Assembly: GCA_002868865.1 (NCBI GenBank)
Contig: PKUC01000022.1
Location: 74,019-138,018, forward strand
Direction of reading: 5' to 3'
DNA from: Desulfuromonas sp.
GTDB lineage: Bacteria; Desulfobacterota; Desulfuromonadia; Desulfuromonadales; Geopsychrobacteraceae
DNA: 64,000 bases
The position numbers and the translations under genes were made by a program. The first letter of the stretch is position 1; every line of letters begins with the position of its first letter. Below, one piece after another: positions 19,295-28,471 of the stretch. Under the pieces are notes generated by a model. The model saw nothing but the letters and a program-made list of their open reading frames with translations. It was not told the DNA's origin and ran no database searches.

Positions 19295-19915
19295 ATGCAC
19301 CAGAACCTCCCGTCCCAACCCCGAACATCCTGCGCGCTCTCCCCACTGGGCTTGATTCCTCTGGCACCAACCATCAGCCTCTACACCCTCAGTCGCGCCG
19401 ATTTAATCCATATTTCACCCTCGCTGCTGGGCCTAATCCTGATTCTCGGCGGCGCCACCCAGGTCAGCGCTGGCCTCACCGCACGCCGCCTCGGAAATTC
19501 CTGCGGTGCGGCAACCCTGATCCCGATCGGCCTGTTCTGGCTGTCACTGCTGGGCTTCTACATCTTCCCCGAGCTCGGCCTCGGCAAAGGGCCATCCGCC
19601 GTGGCGATGACCTCCTATCTCACCATGTGGGGGATTTTTGCCGCGATTTTCTATCTTGGCAGTTTCAGCCAGAGCCGTATTATTCAGCTGCTGTTCGGCT
19701 CGATGATGGTCTGTTTTCTCTCCCTCGGTCTGGCCGAAATCCGCGACAACGTCGTCTTTCTCTACAGTGCGGCGTTCTGCGGCACAACCTGCGGTCTGAC
19801 GGCGCTCTACGCGGGGCTGGCGCAGATCCTCAACGAACGGCTACACCGCACTGTCATGCCGCTGGGCTCGTGGCATGGCGATCTCGATGACGACTACGAG
19901 CAGGTCTCTTCTTGA
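19295..19915 (+). CDS. GPR1/FUN34/YaaH-family carboxylate (acetate/succinate) channel, SatP-like
   Basis: Six predicted TM segments. GGATQVSAGL...GLFWLSL and C-terminal ALYAGLAQILNERLHRTVMPLGS parallel, as I recall it, E. coli SatP (GGIAQIFAGL...GSFWLTL; AIYLAMGEVLNEQFGRTVLPIGE). AGGAGG 7 nt upstream. Confidence 0.8.
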   Translation: MHQNLPSQPRTSCALSPLGLIPLAPTISLYTLSRADLIHISPSLLGLILILGGATQVSAGLTARRLGNSCGAATLIPIGLFWLSLLGFYIFPELGLGKGPSAVAMTSYLTMWGIFAAIFYLGSFSQSRIIQLLFGSMMVCFLSLGLAEIRDNVVFLYSAAFCGTTCGLTALYAGLAQILNERLHRTVMPLGSWHGDLDDDYEQVSS

Positions 19916-19979
19916 CAGACGGTCCGTTTACGGTTTCAATGAGAGCTGACGTCCCGCTGCTTTTGACTGGGAGCTTCGC

Positions 19980-20369
19980 GTGAATACCAATCTAAGTAAT
20001 CAGATGACCCTGCTCGGCCTCGTCGCGACGGTGTTTTACGCCGGCCTGCTGGCCACCGGTACGGTCGGGCTCGACATCATGCCGCAGTTTATTGCTTCTG
20101 CGGTGGTATTCCTTTCCTCTGGCCGCCTGATGCGCAAGGCCGCCGCCCAAACCCGCAAGGCCCGCAAAGAAGACGAGGACGACCAGGAACGCAAGCCGAT
20201 CGACTGGGACAAGTTTACTCCGGTGCTCAACTGGGGGATGTCGGTCATCATCATCAGCGGCATGGCGATCTGGCTACTCAAACCGACCGACGTGACCTTC
20301 GCCGAAGCTCTGTTTTCACTAATCCCCGACGAAAAGACCTACGACTGGGTCGGCGGGGTTGCCCCTTAA
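19980..20369 (+). CDS. Small membrane protein with a highly charged loop, function unknown
   Basis: GTG start. 2-3 hydrophobic segments separated by RKAAAQTRKARKEDEDDQERK. Lies directly downstream of the SatP-like gene. Confidence 0.5.
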   Translation: MNTNLSNQMTLLGLVATVFYAGLLATGTVGLDIMPQFIASAVVFLSSGRLMRKAAAQTRKARKEDEDDQERKPIDWDKFTPVLNWGMSVIIISGMAIWLLKPTDVTFAEALFSLIPDEKTYDWVGGVAP

Positions 20370-20527
20370 CACCCAATCGCCCTCCCCTCTCGACCGTTCA
20401 CCCCTCTTCCGCCCCTCCCGGTTGCTGCCGTACTGCGTCAGGCAACGGTTTTCCACTGGAAAGCCATTGACCAACCACACAAATTACCAGTAAACTGGGG
20501 CGTTTAAATTCACACGGAGAGGCTCTT

Positions 20528-21235
20528 TTGCTGTTACGCACCCTTTTTTTTCATTGCTGCGTCTATCCATGGACGATTCTGGTTATTCTGTGCGGGGTTC
20601 CGCTCTCTTTTATCAGCCCCGACTATCTGCATAATTGCGCGCGCATCTGGGCCAAAGGCTGCCTGTTTCTGGCCGGCACCCGCGTCACCGTAGAAGGGAC
20701 CGAACACATCCCCACCCAGACATCAGCGGTCTATGTGGCCAACCACCAGAGTCACTTCGATATCCTCGCCATGTACGCCTGCCTACCGATTCAGTTCCGC
20801 TGGATGGCCAAGCAGGAACTGTTCAATATCCCCCTGTTCGGCCTCACCATGCGGCGCAGCGGCTACATCCCCATCGATCGCTCCAACAGCCGCAAATCGC
20901 TGCAGAGCATGATCGCTGCAGCCCGCCGGGTCAACACCGGCACCTCGGTGGTGATCTTCCCCGAAGGAACCCGCTCGACAGACGGACGCCTGCTGCCATT
21001 CAAACAGGGCGGATTTCTCATCGCAACCAAAGCTAAAGCACCACTGGTCCATGTGGTCATCAATGGCAGCGCCCGGATCCTACGACGCGGTTCCAAACGG
21101 ATCTATCCCGGACACATCCGCATCACCGTCCAACCCGCGATCCACACGACAGAATCGTCCAGTAAAGACCTCGACAGCCTCAGCACCCAGGTGAAGAACG
21201 CTATCGCGACCCACCTGTCGGAGGTCGCGGCATGA
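20528..21235 (+). CDS. plsC: 1-acyl-sn-glycerol-3-phosphate acyltransferase
   Basis: TTG start after GGAGAGG. Acyltransferase motifs NHQSHFD and FPEGTRS. Confidence 0.85.
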   Translation: MLLRTLFFHCCVYPWTILVILCGVPLSFISPDYLHNCARIWAKGCLFLAGTRVTVEGTEHIPTQTSAVYVANHQSHFDILAMYACLPIQFRWMAKQELFNIPLFGLTMRRSGYIPIDRSNSRKSLQSMIAAARRVNTGTSVVIFPEGTRSTDGRLLPFKQGGFLIATKAKAPLVHVVINGSARILRRGSKRIYPGHIRITVQPAIHTTESSSKDLDSLSTQVKNAIATHLSEVAA

Positions 21236-22917
21236 TTACGCCCCTGCAGCAACCGGAAACGGTACGCCTGTTCGCGCTGGGCGGCCTCGGCGAGATCGGC
21301 ATGAACATGACCGCTCTCGAATATGACGGAAAAATCCTGCTGATCGACTGCGGACTGATGTTTCCCGAAGCCTACATGCTGGGGATCGACCTGGTCCTGC
21401 CGGACATCAGCTGTCTGGATGGGCGCAGCCAGGATATCGTCGGGCTGGTTTTGACCCACGGCCACGAAGACCACATCGGTGCGGTTCCTTTTCTGTGGGA
21501 AGCGCTGGGCAGTCCGACCATCTACAGCACCGCTCTCACCCTGGGGCTGCTGCACAACAAACTGAAAGAGCATCAGCTCGAAACGGCCGTCGAGACCTGC
21601 TGCATCAAGCCGCGTCAGGCTATCGATATCGCGCCCTTTACGGTGGAACCGTTCCGCGCCGCCCATTCGATCGTGGACGGTATCGGACTGGCGATCCGCA
21701 CCGCCGCGGGGCTGATAATCCACACCGGAGACTTCAAGATCGACCAGACCCCGGTAGACGGCGAGAAGACCGACCTGGTGCGCCTGGCAAAATACGGCGA
21801 AGAAGGAGTCCTGCTGCTGCTGGCCGACTCCACCAACGTCGAAAATGCCGGATACACATTATCCGAACGAACCGTCGGCAAAGCGTTGCACGAATTGATG
21901 CCGCACTGTCCACGGCGGGTGTTGGTATCAACCTTTTCATCCAACATTCACCGGATCCAGCAGATCGCCGATGCGGCCGACGCCTGCAACCGAAAAATCC
22001 ACATCAGCGGGCGCAGCATGGTGTCCAACGTGGATATCGCCCGCCAGCTCGGGTACCTGCGAATCGCCGACGAGCAACTCATCACCCAACGACAGATGCA
22101 GCATCTGCCTCCGCAGGAGGTTCTGATCCTCACCACCGGCAGCCAAGGTGAGCCGCTCAGCGCGCTGATGCGGATCGCGCTGGGGGACCACAAACAGATC
22201 GAGCTGGAAGCAGACGACACCGTCATCCTCTCGTCCAAATTTATCCCCGGCAACGAAAAAGCGATCTCCGACCTGATTAACAACCTCTACCGACGCGGAG
22301 CCGAGGTGATCTATGAAAAGACCAGCGAAATTCACGTCTCCGGCCACGCCAGTCAGGAAGAGTTGAAACTGGTCCACAACCTGATCCGGCCGCGCTATTT
22401 CGTCCCCGTGCACGGCGAATATCGCCACCTGGTCAAACACGCCCAGCTGGCCCGTGAACTGGGCATGCCCGCCGACAACTGTGTCATTCTAGAGAACGGC
22501 CAGCCGCTAGTGCTCAGCGACAACGGTTTGAGCCTCGAGGATCGCCTGGAGACGGGGCGAGTGTTCGTCGACGGCAAAGGGGTCGGCGATGTCGGCACGA
22601 TGGAGCTGCGTGACCGTCGCCATCTGGCCAACCACGGCATCGTCATCCTGATGCTGGCGATCAATCAGTCCTCAGGCGAAATCGTCCAGGGTCCGGAAAT
22701 CTTTACCCGTGGTTTCATCCCCGAAGGCGATATCGACAGTGAGGAGCTACTCGAACTGGCCCGTCAGGGGATACGCGACCTGCTCAACGACCACAGCCTC
22801 GGCGTCTTGAGCGACTGGGAGGAGCTGCGCGTCGAGTGCCGCAAGACCTTACGCCGTCTCTTCAACCGCCATATCGCCCGGCGCCCGCTGATCCTGCCGG
22901 TCATCCTCGAACTTTAA
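21232..22917 (+). CDS. rnj: Ribonuclease J (metallo-beta-lactamase/beta-CASP family)
   Basis: HGHEDHIG motif, beta-CASP region, RNase J-type length and C-terminal domain. ATGA overlap with plsC. Confidence 0.9.
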   Translation: MITPLQQPETVRLFALGGLGEIGMNMTALEYDGKILLIDCGLMFPEAYMLGIDLVLPDISCLDGRSQDIVGLVLTHGHEDHIGAVPFLWEALGSPTIYSTALTLGLLHNKLKEHQLETAVETCCIKPRQAIDIAPFTVEPFRAAHSIVDGIGLAIRTAAGLIIHTGDFKIDQTPVDGEKTDLVRLAKYGEEGVLLLLADSTNVENAGYTLSERTVGKALHELMPHCPRRVLVSTFSSNIHRIQQIADAADACNRKIHISGRSMVSNVDIARQLGYLRIADEQLITQRQMQHLPPQEVLILTTGSQGEPLSALMRIALGDHKQIELEADDTVILSSKFIPGNEKAISDLINNLYRRGAEVIYEKTSEIHVSGHASQEELKLVHNLIRPRYFVPVHGEYRHLVKHAQLARELGMPADNCVILENGQPLVLSDNGLSLEDRLETGRVFVDGKGVGDVGTMELRDRRHLANHGIVILMLAINQSSGEIVQGPEIFTRGFIPEGDIDSEELLELARQGIRDLLNDHSLGVLSDWEELRVECRKTLRRLFNRHIARRPLILPVILEL

Positions 22918-22971
22918 GGAGCAAGGCCTGCCTCAACCGAAATCCGAGCGAAGCGCAGACCACCTCACGCT

Positions 22972-23769
22972 ATGACCATCCTACACGCGATACTGCTCGG
23001 CCTGGTTCAGGGCCTGACCGAATTCCTCCCGGTTTCGAGCTCGGGGCATCTGGCGATCACCCAGCATTTCCTGCCCGGGTTCACTCAGCCGGGGTTACTG
23101 TTTGATGTCCTGCTGCACGCCGCCACCATGACCGCCGTGCTGATCTATTTCAGAGCGGAAGTCACCAGCCTGGCGAGCTCCTATTTCCGGACCGATGAGA
23201 CCGCCGCAAACGATCGGCATATCCTGCGGTTGTTGATTTTCGGCTCGATCCCAACGGCGATCATCGGTCTGAGCGGCAAAGATTTCTTCGAAGGCCTGTT
23301 CGAAAACCTTCCAGTGATCGGCTCGATGCTGCTGGTCACTGCGGCGCTACTGTTTCTGGCCGGACGGATCAAACGGGACGGCCGCGCTGAAGCCCAGATG
23401 AACCTCGTCGACGCACTACTGGTAGGCATTGCTCAGGGTGCGGCGATTCTGCCCGGCATCTCCCGCTCCGGTTCGACGATCGCCTGCCTGCTGCTGCGCG
23501 GTGTGGACGGGGTCACTGCGGCGCGATTCTCCTTTCTGCTCGCCCTGCCCGCAGTCGGCGGCGCGACCCTGCTGTCGCTGCGCGATCTGCAGCACGTCAA
23601 CCCGTCGGAGCTACCGGCCTACGCCATCGGCAGCCTGGTCGCGTTCATCAGCGGGCTGCTAGCCATCCGCTTTCTGCTGGCGGTGGTCCGCAACCGTCGC
23701 CTGCAGGGCTTTGCTATCTACTGCCTGCTGGTCGGCAGCGTTATCTTGACCTACAGCTGGCTATCCTGA
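22972..23769 (+). CDS. uppP: Undecaprenyl-diphosphate phosphatase
   Basis: BacA/UppP motifs (GLTEFLPVSSSGHL, PGISRSGSTI). Confidence 0.95.
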   Translation: MTILHAILLGLVQGLTEFLPVSSSGHLAITQHFLPGFTQPGLLFDVLLHAATMTAVLIYFRAEVTSLASSYFRTDETAANDRHILRLLIFGSIPTAIIGLSGKDFFEGLFENLPVIGSMLLVTAALLFLAGRIKRDGRAEAQMNLVDALLVGIAQGAAILPGISRSGSTIACLLLRGVDGVTAARFSFLLALPAVGGATLLSLRDLQHVNPSELPAYAIGSLVAFISGLLAIRFLLAVVRNRRLQGFAIYCLLVGSVILTYSWLS

Positions 23770-23788
23770 GCTTTCACGAGAGAGTGCC

Positions 23789-26074
23789 ATGAGTGACGAC
23801 GCCCCCCAGATTCCAACTGAAAACCGGATGCGCAAGGAAATCTTCGGCCTGTTCTGGCTGGCCGGAGGACTGCTGCTGCTGCTCTGCCTCTGCACCTTCA
23901 GCAACAGCGACCCGTCGTTCAACAACAACCTGCACCCGCGGTCGATCCAGAACTTCGGCGGCACATTCGGATCCCATCTCGCCGATCTGCTCTACCAGAT
24001 CTACGGCATCACCGCCCTGATGTTCCCCGCGGGATGCCTAACCCTGGCATTTCGGCGACTGAAGTTCCACGACCTCCGTTTCCGCCCGCAGCGCCTCGGG
24101 GCGTTTCTGGTCCTGCAGCTGTCTCTGGCCGGGCTACTGGCCTTACGGCTCGATGAGATCGATATCTTCGGCAGTACCATCAATGAGGCAGGGGGCGCCT
24201 TCGGACGGATCCTTGTCAATCTGCTCTCCAGCTACCTGAATCTCAGCGGCGCCGCGGTGATCCTCGGGGTTTTCTTCCTCGTCTCACTGATCCTGCTGAC
24301 CCGCTTTTCGCTGGTATTGTTCCTCGAAGGACTGATGGAACAGCTCGGCCGCAGACTGGAACTGTGGCGCGAAAAACGCCAGGCCCGGACCCGTAAGGTA
24401 CGCGAGCAGCGTGACCCCGCAACCCGTACGCCTCTGATCATGGCCCCCGAGCCGAAAACCGAGCCCGCCCCCACCAAGCAAAAAAGCAAAAAAGCAAAAA
24501 ACACGGCACAGGAAAACCAGGAAACATTCTCGTTTCTGGAGCCGAGCGGAACCTACCACCGCCCGACCAGTACGCTGCTCGACCACGACGGCGAACCACC
24601 AAAGCCGATCGACCGCGACACCCTGACCATGGCCGCCCGCCTGCTGGAAAAGAAACTGCTCGACTTCGGCGTCGAAGGCGAGGTGGTCGAGGTCAAACCG
24701 GGACCGGTGGTCACCATGTACGAGTTCGCCCCGGCGGCCGGGGTCAAGGTCAACAAAGTCTCTAATCTTTCCCACGACCTCGCCATGGCGATGCAGGCCA
24801 TCTCGATCCGTATCGTCGCACCGATCCCCGGCCGCGGTGTGGTCGGGATCGAAATCCCCAACAAAGACCGGGAAACGGTCTATCTCAAAGAGATCATCGA
24901 ATCGGATCAGTTCAGCCGCACCGGCGGCAAACTGCCGATGGCACTCGGTAAGGACATCTTCGGCCAGACCGTGGTCTCCGATCTCGCCAAGATGCCTCAC
25001 CTGCTGGTCGCCGGATCGACCGGCAGCGGCAAATCGGTCTCGATCAATACCATGATCCTGTCGCTGCTCTACCGCGCGACCCCGGACGATGTGCGGCTGA
25101 TCATGATCGATCCGAAGATGATCGAACTGTCGATCTACGAAGGAATTCCCCACCTGCTGCTCCCCGTGGTCACCGACCCCAAAAAAGCGTCGCTGGCGCT
25201 GGCCTGGGCGGTCCGCGAGATGGAGCGTCGCTACCAGCTGCTGGCCGACAAAGGGGTCCGCCACATCGACGGCTACAACAAAAAGCTGGCCAAGGAGCTC
25301 AAAGATCAGCAGGACACCCCGGAACCTACGGAAGAACCGGATATCGAACAGGCCATCGAAGAGATGGACGAACCGGACATCGGCGTTCTCCCCTCGGCCG
25401 AAGAGGACGAACTGGAGCACGGCCACCTGCCCTATATCGTCGTTATCGTCGACGAGCTGGCCGATTTGATGATGGTCGCCGGACGTGAAGTGGAAGAGTC
25501 GATCGCCCGGCTGGCCCAGAAGGCCCGCGCGGCCGGCATTCACCTGATCCTCGCCACCCAACGGCCAAGCGTCGATGTCATCACCGGCCTGATCAAAGCC
25601 AACTTTCCGACCCGGATCTCCTTTAAGGTGTTCTCACGCACCGACTCGCGCACCATCCTCGACTCGATGGGCGCTGAGAACCTGCTCGGAATGGGGGATA
25701 TGCTGTTTTTGCCGCCCGGTGTCGGTTATCTCGAGCGAGTCCACGGCGCGTTTGTCTCCGAGCTCGAAGTTCAACGCGTGGTCGATTTTCTTGCCAAGCA
25801 GGGGCAGCCGGATTACGACAAATCGATCCTGCAGGCCCCGTCTGGCAGCAGCGGCGACGGTGATGAAGATGACGAATACGACGAACATTGGGATGAGGCG
25901 CTGCGGATCGTCAGCGAAACCCGACAGGCGTCGATCTCCATGCTGCAACGTCGTCTGCGGGTCGGCTACAATCGCGCCGCGCGAATGATCGAAAAGATGG
26001 AGAGCGAAGGAATCGTCGGTCAATCGGATGGCAGCGGAAAACCGCGCGAGGTCCTGATTGGTCGCATCGAATAG
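23789..26074 (+). CDS. ftsK: DNA translocase FtsK
   Basis: N-terminal TM domain, Pro/Lys-rich linker, motor domain (GSTGSGKS, VVIVDELADLMM) and C-terminal gamma winged-helix domain (ISMLQRRLRVGYNRAARMIE). Confidence 0.95.
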   Translation: MSDDAPQIPTENRMRKEIFGLFWLAGGLLLLLCLCTFSNSDPSFNNNLHPRSIQNFGGTFGSHLADLLYQIYGITALMFPAGCLTLAFRRLKFHDLRFRPQRLGAFLVLQLSLAGLLALRLDEIDIFGSTINEAGGAFGRILVNLLSSYLNLSGAAVILGVFFLVSLILLTRFSLVLFLEGLMEQLGRRLELWREKRQARTRKVREQRDPATRTPLIMAPEPKTEPAPTKQKSKKAKNTAQENQETFSFLEPSGTYHRPTSTLLDHDGEPPKPIDRDTLTMAARLLEKKLLDFGVEGEVVEVKPGPVVTMYEFAPAAGVKVNKVSNLSHDLAMAMQAISIRIVAPIPGRGVVGIEIPNKDRETVYLKEIIESDQFSRTGGKLPMALGKDIFGQTVVSDLAKMPHLLVAGSTGSGKSVSINTMILSLLYRATPDDVRLIMIDPKMIELSIYEGIPHLLLPVVTDPKKASLALAWAVREMERRYQLLADKGVRHIDGYNKKLAKELKDQQDTPEPTEEPDIEQAIEEMDEPDIGVLPSAEEDELEHGHLPYIVVIVDELADLMMVAGREVEESIARLAQKARAAGIHLILATQRPSVDVITGLIKANFPTRISFKVFSRTDSRTILDSMGAENLLGMGDMLFLPPGVGYLERVHGAFVSELEVQRVVDFLAKQGQPDYDKSILQAPSGSSGDGDEDDEYDEHWDEALRIVSETRQASISMLQRRLRVGYNRAARMIEKMESEGIVGQSDGSGKPREVLIGRIE

Positions 26075-26110
26075 ATCACCGACGATAACGATTCACACAC
26101 AACTTCACGA

Positions 26111-26147
26111 AAAAAGCCCCACATCAGATCGATGTGGGGCTTTTTTT
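26111..26147. terminator. Bidirectional Rho-independent terminator after ftsK and after the orphan gene
   Basis: AAAAA-GCCCCACATC-AGATC-GATGTGGGGC-TTTTTTT: perfect 10-bp stem. Confidence 0.9.
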
Positions 26148-26170
26148 CGAGTATGACACGTATGGCAATA

Positions 26171-26659
26171 TCAGCTGCAGATCCCACGAAAAATCAGCCG
26201 CAGGGTCTTTTCATCGAGCAAAGCAGCAAATTCCCTCTCGTACTCATCCGTACCATCATCGACCGCCTCCGGAAAGACGCGCTTGACCGGTTGTTCTGCG
26301 CCATTCTGACGAGAAACTTTTTCAGAGCGGAGCCGCAACGTCGTGGACCGCCGACTCTCTAGCCAGCGATCACACGCATCGTGATGTCCGGCAAACAGGA
26401 AGTAAACATCCTGCTCTCTGCGCTGGGCGATAAGCCGGTAGCCACACCCCAGATCGAATTTGAAACAGTTATTGAGCCGAAGTTCGCCATGTCGGGTTAA
26501 TCTGTGCTCAACGGCCGTACTGCTACCGGTCTCGACAAAATCGTCGATGATCGTCCCGGCCCACCGCGCGGCCTGCGCCGCCCTGCTGTCCGCCCGAGCC
26601 AACATCATCAGTTGCTTGTCCAGAAACCTCGACTTATAAACCTGCGAAGCACCGCTCAT
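26171..26659 (-). CDS. Hypothetical protein with a ParE/RelE-like core pattern and an acidic C-terminal extension
   Basis: GAGGGA lies 14 nt upstream of the ATG. Two N-terminal helices are followed by RLNNCFKFDLGCGYRLIAQRREQDVYFLFAGHHD, which resembles the RelE/ParE beta-sheet core. The fold assignment is by eye only. No neighbouring small ORF. Confidence 0.55.
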   Translation of the reverse strand: MSGASQVYKSRFLDKQLMMLARADSRAAQAARWAGTIIDDFVETGSSTAVEHRLTRHGELRLNNCFKFDLGCGYRLIAQRREQDVYFLFAGHHDACDRWLESRRSTTLRLRSEKVSRQNGAEQPVKRVFPEAVDDGTDEYEREFAALLDEKTLRLIFRGICS

Positions 26660-26853
26660 CTCAGCACGAAATCCCTCAATCGCTCTGTCTCATCAAATCA
26701 TAATTTTTAAACGAGATCGTCCATCAACGACATGATCTACAAAAACAACAAAAGTTGCCAACATTTATTATCGATCCTGCAAATCACAGACATAGGGAAC
26801 ACCTATCCTGATCCTCCATCAAACCGGGCTTTCAACCTCACTGACCAAACAGC

Positions 26854-26890
26854 AAAAAAGGGGCGCACCCACGCAGGGCCGTCCCTTTTT
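26854..26890 (-). terminator. Probable terminator of the Rd-DUF2231/sulfite reductase/MYG1 operon
   Basis: On the minus strand: GGGACGGCCCTGCGTGGGTGCGCCCC followed by TTTTTT. Interrupted stem. Also has an A-run on the other side. Confidence 0.5.
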
Positions 26891-26928
26891 GTTGTTCACC
26901 TGTTTCTCGTGATATTATTTCGCCCGGA

Positions 26929-27777
26929 TCAAGTGCCACCCGCATCAGCCACAACCGCCGTCACCGCCAGCGGCACTACCTTTTCCAGCGGCAACAGGGT
27001 CCAGGTTTTGGCAATAAACCCGTTGGCGTGGACAAAGCGGATATCCTCATGCTCCGGCAGTCGCCGAAAATCGACCGCCGGGTGATCTCCCAGTCTTAAC
27101 AGCTCCCAACCTGCGCCCCGCACCGACGGGGTAATACTCATGACTACGTCCACGTCCTGCATTTCGCGCAGGTAGATCTCCATTGCTAGCTTCGGGTTCT
27201 GGGCGATTCGGCTGACGAGGGCTTTATACCTTCCCTGAAGCGGCACAAGCTCACTTTCGGTCCTCAAGCGCTGCAAGCGTTCCTTCTTTGAAGCGATCAG
27301 TTCGATCAGCTCATGCCCTAAATCCTTCATCAGCGCATGAAGCGGATCACCTGACAGCAATTCGGTCACGCGCGAAAATCGTGACAGAATGTACCCATCA
27401 AGCGGGGAAGAGGCCGCAAACAGCACATTGCTATCGATCCCCAAGTGTTCGGCAGTTTTGTAGGGACCACGCACATCCATCATGCTCATATGCCCATACC
27501 ATCCGAATATTTTCAGCGCATCTTCATGGTAACCGAGATGCTGCATCAGCAGGTGAAAGGCGCACGGCAGCGACGAATCCTGATGGTGATCAAAATTGTG
27601 GCGGGACGGATCATGAATCATCCCAACATCGAGGACATAGGTGTTGAGATCGGCCAGATCATCAGCCGTCGGTTCGCGCCGAAACACCTCGGCCGATTCC
27701 AGGATCGACAGTAGCACCGCAGCCGACAAAAAATCATCCCGATGGGCGCTGCCGGGATGAACAACGATTTTATGCAT
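26929..27777 (-). CDS. MYG1/UPF0160 family metal-dependent hydrolase
   Basis: MYG1 signature blocks: HPGSAHRDDFL, LDVGMIHDPSRHNFDHHQ and C-terminal FVHANGFI. ATG at 27777 follows AAGGA. The longer ORF to 27987 overlaps the upstream gene. Confidence 0.8.
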   Translation of the reverse strand: MHKIVVHPGSAHRDDFLSAAVLLSILESAEVFRREPTADDLADLNTYVLDVGMIHDPSRHNFDHHQDSSLPCAFHLLMQHLGYHEDALKIFGWYGHMSMMDVRGPYKTAEHLGIDSNVLFAASSPLDGYILSRFSRVTELLSGDPLHALMKDLGHELIELIASKKERLQRLRTESELVPLQGRYKALVSRIAQNPKLAMEIYLREMQDVDVVMSITPSVRGAGWELLRLGDHPAVDFRRLPEHEDIRFVHANGFIAKTWTLLPLEKVVPLAVTAVVADAGGT

Positions 27778-27796
27778 AGATGTGATCTGTCCTTTT

Positions 27797-28471
27797 TTAT
27801 TCGGCCTGTTGTCCCAGTGCGATCTCCCGCAGGGTGTCCAGGTCGGTCTCTTCAAGAAGTTTGCCGAACCGGCACTTGCGCCCCTGGGCTTCAAACCAGT
27901 CGATGAGTCGATCCAGCGCGGCCAGTGCTTGCTCTTCGTCGGGGACATGTTCCAGCAGACGTTGACTGAGCCGAGGCTGGCTGCCACCGTTGCCGCCGAC
28001 CATCAGGTGCCATCCTTTGGGAGAACCGATCAGACCAAGATCGCGGATACAGACCTCACCGCAATCGTTGGGGCAGCCCGACACCGCCAGCTTCATCTTC
28101 CAGGGCAGCTGACGGCCATGAAAGCGTCGGTCCAGCTCCAGGCCGATCTTGATCGAGTCCTGCAGCCCGCGCTTGCAGCAGTCAGTGCCCGGGCAAACCT
28201 TGACCGAGCGGACACAAAGCCCCACCGGGCGTCCCTGTTCAGTTTGCAGATCGGCCCAGGCGTTGTCGATATCCTCTTCGGCCAGGCCGACCAGCGCAAT
28301 CCGCTGCGAGCTGGTCAGTTTAAGAGTCGGCACCCGGTACTTTTCTGCGGTATCAGCGATGCGCCGCAACAGCTCAGGGGTCACCAGCCCCGCTGGCATG
28401 TTGGGGGTTATGGCATAGGTTTCGCGATCGCGTTGCACGATTGCCCCTTTCTCCAGAATATCCTTTTTCAC
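27797..28471 (-). CDS. Small (224 aa) assimilatory-type sulfite/nitrite reductase, siroheme-[4Fe-4S] family
   Basis: Cysteine clusters VCPGTDCC and SGCPNDCGEVC match the NiR/SiR Fe-S/siroheme motif. The size matches the low-molecular-weight sulfite reductases described from Desulfovibrio and Desulfuromonas. GTG start overlaps the upstream stop (GTGA). Confidence 0.8.
   Translation of the reverse strand: MKKDILEKGAIVQRDRETYAITPNMPAGLVTPELLRRIADTAEKYRVPTLKLTSSQRIALVGLAEEDIDNAWADLQTEQGRPVGLCVRSVKVCPGTDCCKRGLQDSIKIGLELDRRFHGRQLPWKMKLAVSGCPNDCGEVCIRDLGLIGSPKGWHLMVGGNGGSQPRLSQRLLEHVPDEEQALAALDRLIDWFEAQGRKCRFGKLLEETDLDTLREIALGQQAE

Noticed and set aside
24478-24501. A tandem octanucleotide (GCAAAAAA x3) inside the ftsK linker, which could be slippage-prone.
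   Set aside because: There are only three units, it encodes the expected Lys-rich linker (KQKSKKAKN), and ftsK is essential. This is most likely a compositional coincidence.
26929-27987. N-terminally extended versions of several ORFs in the supplied track: 26929-27987, 31191-32126, 36370-37068, 36998-38077, 45960-46361, 50203-51132, 50536-52695 and 10247-11470.
   Set aside because: The extensions overlap the neighbouring gene or a terminator and lack family similarity. Internal ATG or GTG codons preceded by SD sequences give proteins that begin exactly at the conserved N-termini, so shorter coordinates were used.
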